A stretch of 64,000 nucleotides of DNA from the NCBI RefSeq assembly GCF_963921235.1, contig NC_086097.1, positions 95,730,001 to 95,794,000 on the forward strand, written 5' to 3'. Under the pieces are notes generated by a model. It made no database searches. It worked only from the letters and a program-made list of their open reading frames with translations, and was not told the DNA's origin. The stretch is from Mobula hypostoma. Its lineage: Eukaryota. Position numbers and translations under genes: made by a program. Below are positions 52,246-64,000 of the stretch, piece by piece (position 1 is the stretch's first letter; each line of letters begins with the position of its first letter).

Positions 52246-54524
52246 ATGTTTCTAGTCCCAGTGCAGGGTTTTGAACAGAAATGTCAACAATCCCTTCTAC
52301 ATTTATAACCACCCCCCTCTCCATAGATGTTGCTACACCTGCTGAGTTCCTCCAACAGATTGTTGCTCAAGATTACTCTACATCTCGGATTGTCTTCAAC
52401 CTGACTTTATTTTCATCCCTAAGTTCCCTTCTTCCCTTCTAATTATTGGTTTAAAGCCCCATTGGGTTAATCAGTTAACCTGTCTGGTTCATGGGGCTCA
52501 TTAAATGACTGGTCCAGGAATTTGAGTTCCTGTCCTCTGCATCTAAATCCATTTGTCTCCTTCCATCTTGGGCTCAGCTGGAAACTAGGAGGTTCTGTAT
52601 TTTAATCAATTTTCCAGCTATTCAAACAATCTTAGTCTAGCATCAGTCCTTAGTTTCAGAAGATGCTATCTATTCCATCACCTTAAACCATTGATATATA
52701 GCATAAAAAGAAGCAGCCCCAACACTAACCTCTGCAGAACACCACTAGTCACTGGCAGCCAACTAGAAAAACGATCCTTTTTATTCCCACTTGCTATGGG
52801 TTCCATGGACCTGAGTGTTTTCAGCTTTTTCTGCCTCATATTTCCAAGTACCTGCAATTTTTCTTTAATTTTCATCCATCCTAGCTCTGTGCTTACAGTT
52901 ACAGTGTGGCTCACAATTGCCCGAGTCAACGATGAGCTAGATTGTCACAGTGGGATTCCTCCCATACCCAGAAGCCTTGCAGTTTGGGATGGTAATCGGC
53001 CTCTTGTACGTACGTAGGTGAGTGGTAGAATCTTGCAGAGCAGCAGGGAACGTGTGGATGGTGAAATATTTTTAGTGTAAATGGGTACCTGATGGTTAGC
53101 AGGGAGTCAGTGGGCCGAAGGGCCTGTCTCCATCTGTTTGACTGTAGGCATTGAAACCTGAGAGCCATGTTAATTCCACGTGTGACTGCTATTTATCATG
53201 AACACACAGAGCAGGAGCGTGAGAAGTAAGCTATTCGGCCTCTCTTTCCTCTTCCACCGTTCAATAAGATCATGACTGATCTTCTACCTCAGCACCACTT
53301 TTCAGCACTAATCTTAAAACTCGTTGATCCCTTAAATATGCAAAAATCTTCCATCTCAAATATACTGAATGACTGAGCTTTCACTGACCCCTTGCACAGA
53401 GAATTCCAAAGACTTACTACTCTCTGAGTGGAGGGATTCCTGTTTATCCATGTCCTGACTGGCTGACCGTTTATATGACACTATTTCTCCTGAGTCTGAG
53501 TATTCCAAACAAGATAAACATCCTTCCTGTATCGAGACTGCCAGGCCCCAAACAAAATTTTGTATGGTTCAAGTTCATCTCTCATTCTTAAACCCAAGAG
53601 TGCATTGGCTGAATCGAAAAGCAAAATAAAAACTGAAGATGCCAACCATCAGAAAACAGAAAATTCTGTTCATGAAAACGGTTTGCAACATGAAATATTA
53701 ATCCCGTTACTGTTGCCATCGATCCTGACTAACCTGATGAGTGTTTCCAGCAATTTATTTTTGTTTTTATTTGAGAGTACAGGACTCATCTGCTTAATCA
53801 AGAGGCCCAGAAGTTGGGGTTCAAATCCCACTCCAGAGCCAAATCCAGGCTGAGCATCAGTGTACGATATAATACGATGTGCTAGATACTGGATGAGATG
53901 TCTGCCTCTCAGGTGGTGTTTACAAAAAGGGATTCCTGGTTTCCCGGTCAATATTTATCTCTCAATTAATCGTATTAAAATATATTCTCACTGCTGTTTG
54001 TGAGAGCCTAAAGTGTCGAAGTTGGTTTACGCATTTCTTTCAATATAAAAGCAACCATACAAATGCAAAGTTCTCTGCTATATAGTGCTTTCTACAACAT
54101 AGTTAATTCATACTTAATGTGACTATCTCAATACATACTGAAGTATTGCACCCCCTCCACACATGCACTGGCAATTTGCCATCTGATTCAGATGGGGTGC
54201 TGCCATGAGCCTGCGACTATTGCCAGGTGCTGCTTCTGGGACAGCCACTAACTTTGCACCAGCCATCAGCTACACATTTACATTAATCCTGTTTCTGTTT
54301 TAAATTCTTCGCCCAATCCCATCAGTTCCCTCCGCCCCGCAGAATCTACTCTCCTAAACACTAGGGGCAACTTACAACAGCCAATTCACCTCCCAGTCCA
54401 TGTCTTTGGGATATAGGAGGAAAGCTATCTAACCACCAGGGAGAAAGTGGAAATTCCACACGAACAACACCCTTGGTCAGGATTGAACCTGTGCCTCAGG
54501 TATCAGGAGGCAGAAGCTCTACTT

Positions 54525-55436
54525 CCCCACTCTTTCGGCTTTCCGCAGGGATCGCTCCCTACACGACTCCCTTGTCCATTCGTCCCCCCCCAACCCTTCC
54601 CACCGATCTCCCTCCTGGCACTTATCCCTATAAGCAGAACAAGTGCTACACCTGCCCTTACACTTCCTCCCTCACCACCATTCAGGGCCCCAGACAGTCC
54701 TTCCAGGTGAGGCAACACTTCACCTGTGAGTCGGCTGGGGTGATATACTGCGTTCGGTGCTCCCAATGTGGCCTTTTATATATTGGCGAGACCCGACACA
54801 GACTGGGAGATTGTTTTGCTGAACACCTACGCTCTGTCTGCCAGAGAAAGCAGGATCTCCCAGTGGCCACACATTTTAATTCCACATCCCATTCCTATTC
54901 CGACATGTCTATCCACGGCCTCCTCTACTGTCAAGGTGAAGCCACACTCAGGTTGGAGGAACAACACCTTATATTCCATCTGGGTAGCCTCCAACCTGAT
55001 GGCGTGAACATTGATTTCTCTAACTTCCGTTAATGCCCCTCCTCCCCTTTTTACCCCATCCCTTATTTATTTATTATTCCCTCTCTCGCCACCCTTTTTT
55101 CTCCTCTCTGTCCCTCTCACAATCACTCCTTGCCTGTTCTCCATCTTCCTCTGGGCTCCCCCTTTCTTTCTCCCTAGGCCTCCCATCCCATGATCCTCCC
55201 CCTTCTCCAGCTCCGTATCCCTTTTGCCGATCAACTTTCCAGCTCTTAGCTTCATCCCTCCCCTCTCCTGTCTTCTCCTATCATTTCGGATCTCCCCCTC
55301 CCCCTCTCAAATCCCTTACTATCTCTTCTTTCAGTTAGTTCCGACGAAGGGTCTCGGCCTGAAACGTCGACTGTACTTCTTCCTATAAGATGCTGCCTGG
55401 CCTGCTGCATTCCACTAGCATTTTGTGTGTGTTGCT
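54525..55436 (+). mobile_element. 5'-truncated Penelope-like element (GIY-YIG domain + pseudo-LTR) with a perfect 13-bp TSD, inserted in a V-SINE
   Basis: ORF 54473..55033 reads FTCESAGVIYCVRCSQCGLLYIGETRHRL...EHLRSV. AGAAGCTCTACTT occurs at 54512-54524 and 55437-55449. Hammerhead-like motif at about 55337-55372 has CCGACGA. Confidence 0.92.
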
Positions 55437-55689
55437 AGAAGCTCTACTTGTTGTGTCACTATGCAATCAAATTAAAAGGACAGCAAGGTAAAGCTGCAAT
55501 GCAGGGCGATGTACGTGCATTCTAAGCAGCATATCCAAAGCAAAATAGAGTGCCAAGCGATCTCACAATCAACGTACGAGATCAGAGTTCTGTAATTCCG
55601 TCAGTCATGAATGGCAGTGGTCTTCTAAGGAGCGAATGGGGGAGGAGTGTCCAAGAAGATCTTCATCTTCCATGATGACAGGGCCCAGC

Positions 55690-57560
55690 ACTTGAGTGCC
55701 AAAGTCAAGGATGACACATTAACAGTAATATTTGGGCAAAAGTGCAAAGAGAATTACCTATCCTTGATTCCTCCTGAAATCCAGCCAATTTGATTCATGC
55801 CACGTTAATTTAAGAAACATCCAAGTGGGCCTGCTACAGCAAAGGCTGTGCAACCAGACAAAGTCCTAGCTGTAGTTCGGAAGACCCATGCTCCAGAACT
55901 AGCCTTACTTGTAGCCATGTTATTTGAACATTATAAACACAGTTACAACACTGGCATTTATCTGACAAGTGTGGGAAACTGTTCAGGTGGATGCCATCAC
56001 AAAAAAAGCCAAATCCAACTAATTATGAGACAATCACCGTCAATCAGCAGGAAAGCAGGTGAAGATTTTGTCATCCACCTTACCCACCAACATCCTGTTC
56101 AAACCTTCAGTTTGGCTCTTGCCAGGATTACTCAGCTCCAAATGTGGACCAGAGAGCTGAACTCTAGAGACAAGACAAGGTGAGTCTGACTGCCATTGGT
56201 CTCAAGGCAGTGTTTGATCAAACATGGCATCAAGGAGCCCTGGTAAACCTGAAGTCAGTGGCCACTGAGGAGGAAATATTCAAATGGTTAAGGGTCCTGC
56301 CTTACACGTAGAAAGATGGATATGGTTGCTAGTAGTCATCCCAGGTCTAGGACACTCATGACAGTGTTGTAAGTTCCCACAATGACCTTCCTTCCATGGT
56401 AAAGTCAGAAATGAAGACGGCCACTGCCTGATGTTCAATGCCATTCATAAATCTTCTGACAACTGAAGCAGCCATGCCTGCATGGAACAAAACCCAAGCA
56501 TAACTAACAAGTGCAGGTAACACCAAAGTGCCAGCCAATTACCAGCTCCAACAAGAAAGAACTCATCACCTTCTCTTAGTGCATTACCAGAAATTACTGT
56601 CTGTCACGCCTGTGTTTAGGGCAGCAATGATCTCTGGGGGTGTCCAGGGCTTCCTTCATCATGTCAGTAGCTTCTGTCACTACTGACAGCCAGCAAGTCT
56701 TGGGTGGAGGCTCAGGAATACTGTTGCACACAGATGTAGAAGGATTCTTCCATTGCTGCTTCCCTAACTGTTTTGTTTTATCAGTCAGGGTTGTTAGCCA
56801 TGGGCTGAACCTGGAGGACTGGTGGACTGGACTCTGCCCTTTGACCTGTGTGGCATGGGTGACCCCAGCAAGAGCCAAAGCATAAAGACCTGACTCCAGC
56901 CAACATCGCCATCTGGGTCACTGAGGCACACAGGCCTCCAAACCACGACGAGGTTGTGGTCCTCTGGGGAGGACCTTCACCAAATCACCCATCCTTGATA
57001 TCCTGGGTTTCACCACTGCCTGGAAATTCAACTGTGGACCAAACACATTAATACTATGGGTACAAGAGCAGGTCCAGTTCTGAGTCTTCTGTGGCAGGTC
57101 ACTCACTCATGATATCCCAAGACTTTCCATGCATCAACTCGGGAATAGAATATCTCCATATACCAGGAAGAGAACAGCTGGGGAATAAAAGAACACTGAA
57201 GAATCCCAACACATTCAAGTGCAAGGTAGACATATGAATGTAGAGAAATGGAGGAATATGGATCCAACTTGATTGGTATTCCCTCCATTAACTGACCGCT
57301 GTGGCTGCAGTATCCCCCATCTACAAAATACAATGCATTTACTCGCTCAGGCTACCTTGACAGTACCACCGAAACCCATCACCTCTAGCACCAGGATAAG
57401 GACAGCAAAAGCAAGAGACCACCACAAACTACAAGCTCCCTCCACTCATTTGGAAATATATTACTATTTCTTCATCACCACTGGTTTACATCTTTGCCCA
57501 ATAACATTCTGGAAGAGGATAAGACTGATTTCAATAAGGCAATTTGCCAACACCTTCTCA
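55690..57560 (+). mobile_element. Old decayed CR1/L2-group LINE remnant
   Basis: PDKVLAVVRKTHAPELA (ORF 55848) and an LKAVFDQTWHQG-like RT remnant at about 56200-56240. Confidence 0.6.
56590..56972 (-). mobile_element. Short non-coding insert resembling a bipartite (5'UTR + 3' end) non-autonomous RTE element
   Basis: Minus strand starts CACAACCTCGTCGTGG...GTGCCTCAGTGACCC...GGGTCACCCATGCCACACAGGTC, recalled as RTE/Expander-type 5' sequence. It interrupts the surrounding LINE. Confidence 0.5.
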
Positions 57561-57586
57561 AGAGCATTGACTGCTGGCTTTGATAG

Positions 57587-58284
57587 TGTAAGGGGTTTCT
57601 ATTTTTTATGTCACTGCATAGTCTAATTAAAATGGCTTCTTTGTTATGTTATAATTGAAAGGGCTTCTTTGTTATGTTAAATGCTGAGAAAGTCCTCCCG
57701 CTAGCAGTTTGTTGAATCACATTACTGATAAGAAGATGTTATGAACCAATTGAGATAGTTGTTATGTTTTTGGTGTATCTGTAAGATATTGTATGCGCGG
57801 GGTTTTGGGGCAGAAGGCGGGAGAGAGAGACAGAGGATGGACCAGGTGCCATGAGTCCGCTAACGGGGTCGCACCCTGAGCGGGGCGTTCAGCAAGGAGA
57901 GGAGATGGAGACGGACTGGTGTGGAGCGTCTGGTCGACCACTGTTGTTGGTCCCAGGTGGCCGGTCGAGGCGGTCTGAGGGGTCGCAGGATGAAGAAGAA
58001 GGGTCCTGAGCTCCAACTGTTTGTGCACGAAGAGATTGAACTTTGATAAGTGCGGCGCCTTTTATTTTCCTTTTATATTTTATTCTCTATTAATTATATA
58101 GTTCCAGTAATATCTATAAACTGTAAATCATTTAATTGTATCTGGTGTAGTGTCTGTTATTTGGACGGGGTGGGGTACATCACACAGCATCCACACAAAC
58201 GAATTACCCAGTTTGCCAGGGCCAAGGGCTGTTTCCCTAGACGACAGCGAGTTGAGCGACCCTAAGGGTGGCCAGGGGGCTACA
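57587..58284. mobile_element. Solo LTR (698 bp) of an LTR retrotransposon or endogenous retrovirus
   Basis: TGTA...TACA termini with a 4-bp TSD ATAG (57583-57586 and 58285-58288). CpG-rich core, no credible ORF. Confidence 0.75.
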
Positions 58285-58394
58285 ATAGTGACATACAGAT
58301 CTCAAAACTTAAGTTAAAAAAAATGTTTGTAGATAGCTATACATGTGACAGTGAGGAAGAAAGTCATAGGTGACCGGATGACACAAATGGACCG

Positions 58395-59410
58395 ATAGAA
58401 CATGGAACAATACAGCACAGGAATGGGCCCTTTGATCTATGAAGTCTGAGCTGAACACAAGATCAAATTAAACTAACTCTCGTCGGCCCATACATGATCC
58501 ATCTCTTCATTCCCTGCATATTTAGTCTGTCTGAAAGCTGCTTAAATGTCACTATCACACCTGCTTCAACCACCTCCCCTGGCAGCCTATTCTGGGTACC
58601 TACAATTCTCAGTGTCAAAAGGTTTGCCCCACCCATACCCCTTAAACTTACCCCCACCCCACCTCGAACCCTGACTGCCCACCCTTATCTGTGTCTCTCA
58701 TGAGCTTATAAACTTCTAACGGATCTCCCTTCAGCTTCTGACGCTCCAGAGGAAATAACCAAAGTTTTTCCAACCTCTCCTTACAGCTCATACCCTCTAA
58801 GGCAGGAGTTCCCCACCCTGGGGTTCACAGACCACTTGCTTAATGATAGTGATCCATGGCATAAAGAGAGTTGGGAACCCCTGCTCTAAAGTAACTTTCC
58901 AACTCACACTCAATTCCCTAACCAATGAAAGCAGGTATGCAACGTGCCTTCTTTATCACTGCTTATCACACTAGGTACTTGCGTGACCACTTTCAGAGAC
59001 CTATAGACTTGGACCCCAAAATCCCTCTGTACATCAATTGACAGTCCTGCCATTAACTACACACTCCCCCCCCCCCGCCCCCAACCCCGTACACTTGACC
59101 TCCAAAGGTGCAACACTTCCCCGGGTTAAACTCTATTTTCCACTTCTCCGACCATATCTGTAGCTATTCTAAATCATGTTACATCTCTGACAACCTTCTT
59201 CACTATCTGTAACTCCACCAATTTTTGCGTCTCCTGCAAAGATATGAATCCACATGTCTACACTTGCATCCAAGTCATTTACATATATGTAACAAACGAA
59301 AGAAGTCCCAACACTGATCCCTGCAGAGTACCACAAGTGACCGACCTCCAGCTTGAGTAAAAACCTTCTGCCACTACGCTCTATCATCTACAGGCAAGAC
59401 AATTCTGAAT
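58395..59410 (-). mobile_element. Decayed CR1 3' fragment
   Basis: ORFs 58463..58657 (NRLPGEVVEAG) and 59169..59387 (YVNDLD...IFAGDAKIGG). Confidence 0.75.
58803..58883. mobile_element. 81-bp hAT/Charlie-type MITE
   Basis: TIRs CAGGAGTTCCC...GGGAACCCCTG; 8-bp flanks CTCTAAGG (58795-58802) and CTCTAAAG (58884-58891). Confidence 0.75.
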
Positions 59411-60764
59411 CCAAATTCTGAATTCTGATAGGTGATTAGAAAATTGGCAACGACCATATAATCAGAAGCACAAGAATCAATGCATTTGGGGAAGGCACAA
59501 GGCAGGGGAAATACAGAATACACGGTAAAATAATGAACAGTGCAGAGGAACAGGGTGCAAGTCCAAGGATGTCAGCGGTATGAGGATCGTTAAAGAGTAA
59601 AGGTATGGAATGGGATATTGGAACTGTCTAAAACTCTAGTTGGACACTGCTTCAACCATTCAGTTCTTGAATAGCATAGACTTTTGCCATACGCTGACTA
59701 TTTTTGATCACTTCGCACTAAATTTTTTTGTTCTAATTGCGACTTTCTTGTAAGAATTGTGTCGAGCTTCACGTTGCACGTGTTCCTAGGTTCTAGTTAC
59801 TCTTTTTTTGCTGTCTTTGAGTGGTTTGCTTGGGGCGCTTCGGCAAAGAAATGGACCTGCGGCCTGCACTTGCTGGCGGTGCAGCACTGAACTAAACTGA
59901 ACACCGCTGGCCTATTGCTTTGATGTTTGATATTCTATGTGCTGTTTGCGCATTTCGTTCTTTTCTTTGCATGTTGCGTGTTTGATATGTTTCCTTGAGC
60001 GGGTTCCACGGCAGTTCGTTGTTTCCTGGCTGCCTGTCGAAGGAAGAATCTTGGAGTTGTATTCTGCATACGTACTTTGATAATAAATGCACTTTGCTTT
60101 TATTTTCTTACTTCTGCTTTTCTTGTGAATGGTGCTTATATAACACTATGTACTTGTTACGCTGCTGCAAGCAAGTTTTTTATTCTCTATAAGTTACTGA
60201 ATGTTAAATTTAACTGAAGGACCTGCTTGTCAACTTCAGATAGTGTTAAATTGGGGGAAGGCTTTACTTGCATTCAGAGATTGATGAGGGTCTGGAACTC
60301 ACTCCCAGAAAGGATGGTGAGGGCAGAAGCCCTCATCACATTCACAATACTTAGATGGGCACCCACAGAACTGTAGGCTTGGGACAGACTTTAACTTTAA
60401 CCCACAGATCAAGTACTGCAGGGCAGCAGCAGGCTGGGTAGCAAACATTCGGCCAACATGGAGCAAATGGTAAATTTCTTAGATTGTTTGTACTCAATAT
60501 TACTCTCACTTCTCCCCTCACTGCCAACATACAAAATACTTCGTCCCCATATCAGTGTACCCGAACGCTGTTTCTCTTCAACAATCAGTATTTGCCCAGG
60601 GTAGCTGCTTTCACACGGGTTACTGTTGCCTCGTCACAGTTTTAAACTGACCACTGTGTCCTTGTCAGGTTTATCCTTCACCTTAAATCCGAACGTACAT
60701 TTGCAATCCATAGACAAATGGAAGATTCCTGCCAGCAGACTGACGCAGCTGGTGGAGTCACTAT

Positions 60765-63700
60765 TTCCTAGACGGCTTTCTTGAACTGCATGTTACTGAA
60801 CTACAAGGAAATGTGCTGTCTTAGATCTGGTCCTGTGCAATGAGACAGGTATAATTCGTGATCTTGTAGTTAGAGATCCTCTTGGAAAGAGTGATACAGT
60901 ATGATTGAGTTTCTCATACAAATGGAGGGTGCAATAGTTCGGTCGAAAACCAGTGTATTATGTCTAAACAACGGAGACTACAATGGGATGAGGGAGGATT
61001 TCTATAATGTAGACTGGGAACACAGGCTATATGGTGGACGGTTGAGGAACAGTGGAAGACTTTCAAAGAGATTTTTCACAAAACTCAACAGGAGTATATT
61101 CCAGTTAAAAGCTCGTGCGTATAAACCACTAAGCGAGCAATAAAGAAAGGGAAGATAGATTATGAAAATAAACTAGTACAAAATATAAAAATGGATAGTA
61201 AAAGTTTGTATCATTATATAAAGCGGAAAAGGGTGGCTCAAGTGAACATGGGTCCCTTTGAGGACGAGAAGTGGGGGGGGGCTTGATATTGGGTAATGAG
61301 GAAATGGCAGAGGCTTTGAATGACTATTTTGTGTCGGTCTTTATGGTGGAGGGCATGTCTACATGCCAAATGGAGATGTTATGGATGTGATGGGCGGAGA
61401 GGACCTCATTAGCTATCACTAAAGAGATAACGTTGAGCAAACTTGTGAGCCTGAAGATTGATAAGTCCCCTGGTCCTGATGAAAGAAGTGGCAAAAGTTA
61501 TAGTAGAGGCTTTGGTGATAATTTACCATAATTCTCTGGACTCTTGGGCAGGTCCTGGCAGATTGGAAAACGGCGATTGGCACACCACTGTTCAAAAAAG
61601 GATGTAGGCAAAAGGCAGGTAACTATAGGCCACACACATAAAATGCTGGTGGAACACAGCAGGCCAGGCAGCATCTATAGGAAGAAGCACAGTAGACGTT
61701 TTGGGCTGGGACCCTTCGTCAGGATTAACTGAAAGAAGAGATAGTAACAGATTTGAAAGTGGGAGGGGGAGGGGTGGAGCTAAGAGCTGGAAAGTTGATC
61801 GGCAAAAGGGATACAGAGCTGGAGAAGGGGGAGGATCATGGGACGGGCAGCCTGGGGAGAAAGAAAGGGGGAGGGGAGCCCAGAGGAAGCTGGAGAGCAG
61901 GCAAGGAGTTATTGTGCAGAGGGACAGAGGGAGAAAAAGAGAGAGAAAAAAAGGGGGATAATAAATAAATAAGGGATGTGATAAGAAGGGGAGGAGGGGG
62001 CATTAAAGCAAGTTAGAGAAATCAATGTTCATGCCATCAGGTTGGAGGCTACCCAGACGGAATATAAGGTGTTGTTCCTCCAACCTGAGTGTGGCTTCAT
62101 CTTTACAGTAGAGGAGGCCGTGGATAGACATGTCAGAATGGGAATGGGATGTGGAATTAAAATGTATGGCCACTGGGAGATTCTGCTTTCTCTGACGGAC
62201 AGAGCATAGGTGATGGCATGAATATCCAAACTGATGGCATGAATATTCCGTCTTGGTAGCCTCCAACCTGATGGCATGAACATTGATTTCTCTAACTTCC
62301 AATAATGCCCCTCCTCCCCTTATCCCATCCCTTATTTATTATTTCCTCCCCCCTTTTTTCACTCATTTTTTCTCTCTCTCTGTCCTTCTCACAATCACTC
62401 CTTGCCTGTTCTCCATCTTTCTCTGGGCTCCCCTCCCCCTTTCTTTCTCCCTAGGCCTCCCATCCCATGATCCTCCCCCTTCTCCAGCTCTGTATCCCTT
62501 TTGCCAATCAACTTTCCAGCTCTTAGCTTCATCCCTCCCCCTCCTGTCTTCTCCTATCATTTCAGATCTCCCCCTCCCACCTTCAAATCTCTTACTATCT
62601 CTTCTTTCAGTTAGTCCTGACAAAGGGTCTCGGCCCTAAACGTCAACTGTCCCTCTTCCTATAGATGCTGGCCTGCTGCGTTCCACCAGCATTTTGTATG
62701 TGTTGCTTGAATTTCCAGCATCTGCAGATTTTCTCGTGTTTGCGTTTAACTATAGACCAGTTAGTTAACATCTGTAATTGGGAAAATTTTTGAATATATC
62801 ATTAAAGAAGAAATAGCAGAAGAAATGGACCATCAGGCAGACACAGCATGGAGTCAGCAAAAGCTGGTCCTGTTTGACAAACTTACTGAAGTTCTTTGAG
62901 AATATAATGGGCGCAGTGCATAGAGGGGAACAGATGGATGTTATTTACTTGGATTTCCAGAAGGCGTTCGATAAGGTGCCACATGAAAGACTTAACTGTA
63001 AGATAAGGATGCATAGATTTTGGGGTGATGTATTAGCATGGATAGAGGATTGGTTAACTAATAGAAAGCAGAGAGTTGGGAAACATGAGTGTTACCCTGG
63101 TTGGTGATCAGTGGTGAGTGGTGTGCCGCAGGGGTCGGTGCTGGGCCTGCAACAGTCCACAATATACATTAACGATCTGGAAAAGGAGACCAAGTGTAGT
63201 GTATCTAAGTTGGCTGATAATACTGAATTGAATGGAAAAGCAAATTGTGCAGAAGATACAGAGACTCTGCAGAGAGATATAGATAGGTTAAGTGAGTGGG
63301 CAAGGGTCTAGCAGATCGAGTACAATGTTGGCAAATGAGAGGTCATCCACTTTGGAAGGAAAAATGGAAGATCAGATTATTATTTAATGGTAGAAGATTG
63401 CAGCATGCTACTGTGCAGAGGGACTTGGGAGTGCTTGTGCATGAATCACGAAAGGTTGGTTTGCAGGTGCAGCAGGCTGTCAAGAAGGCAAATGGGATGC
63501 TGGCCTTCATTGCTAGAGAGATTGAATTTAACAGCAGGGAGGTAATGCTGCAACTGTACAGGTGAGGCCACACCTGGAGTACTGTGCGCAGTTCTGGTCT
63601 CCTTACTTGAGGAAGGATATACTGGCTTTGGAGGTGGTGCAGAGAAAGTTCACTAGGTTGATTCCAGAGATGAGGGGGTTAGATTATGAGGAAAAATTGA

Positions 63701-64000
63701 GTCGCCTGGGACTGTACTCACTGGAATTCAGAAGACTGAGAGGAGATCGTATAGAAACATATAAAATTATGAAAGGTATAGATAAGAGAGATGCAGTAAA
63801 GTTATTTCCACCAGTAGGTGAGACTAGAACTAGGGGACATAGCCTCAAGATTCGGGGGAGTAGATTTAAGACGGAGATGAGGAGGAACTGCTTTTCCCAG
63901 AGAGTGGTGAATCTGTGGAATTCTCTGCTCAATGAAGCAGTAGAGGCTATAAATATATATAAGACAAGATTGGATAAATTTTTGCCTAGAAGGGGAATTA
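60765..64000 (+). mobile_element. Decayed CR1 ORF2 running off the window, interrupted by a fold-back Penelope insertion
   Basis: YLDFQKAFDKVPH (ORF 62874), SGVPQGSVLG...KLADNT (ORF 63111) and KKANGMLAFIAR (ORF 63296). The NYRPVS codons are split by the insert at 61633-62746. Confidence 0.87.
61633..62746. mobile_element. Inverted pair of Penelope 3' ends (GIY-YIG tail + pseudo-LTR) with 13-bp TSD
   Basis: Minus arm at about 61633-62210 (ORF 62003..62302, LGSLQPDGMNIDFSN) and plus arm at about 62245-62746. Flanks are TAACTATAGGCCA (61620-61632) and TAACTATAGACCA (62747-62759). Confidence 0.88.

Noticed and set aside
47278..64000. Upstream MTA exons (DYVYFENSS..., NVEAKVVCFYRRRDIS) or promoter
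   Set aside because: Not found by eye. The only CpG-rich patch is explained by the solo LTR.

Overview
Vertebrate genomic DNA, most likely a cartilaginous fish (inferred from HE1/V-SINE-like SINEs and dense CR1, Rex/Babar-L2-like and Penelope repeats). The whole window lies inside one minus-strand gene, a NuRD subunit of the MTA family closest to MTA1. Six consecutive coding exons were resolved by hand (47277-47151, 35827-35764, 20103-19986, 18639-18537, 16408-16309, 13967-13779). They have GT-AG boundaries, splice in frame and encode the BAH C-terminus, ELM2 and the start of SANT; flanking exons were not found in the window. The introns are mostly decayed retroelements. The notable points are: (1) many minimal hammerhead-ribozyme motifs in Penelope pseudo-LTRs, including fold-back insertions with 13-14 bp target-site duplications and a 237-bp non-coding palindrome carrying a hammerhead motif on each strand; (2) a 6.6-kb G-rich 34-bp minisatellite whose first unit supplies the 5' splice site of an MTA exon; (3) a second, older duplication anchored on another splice donor; (4) a solo LTR, hAT MITEs and structured SINE/RTE-like inserts. 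Repeat boundaries are approximate and family names come from motif recognition, not database searches.
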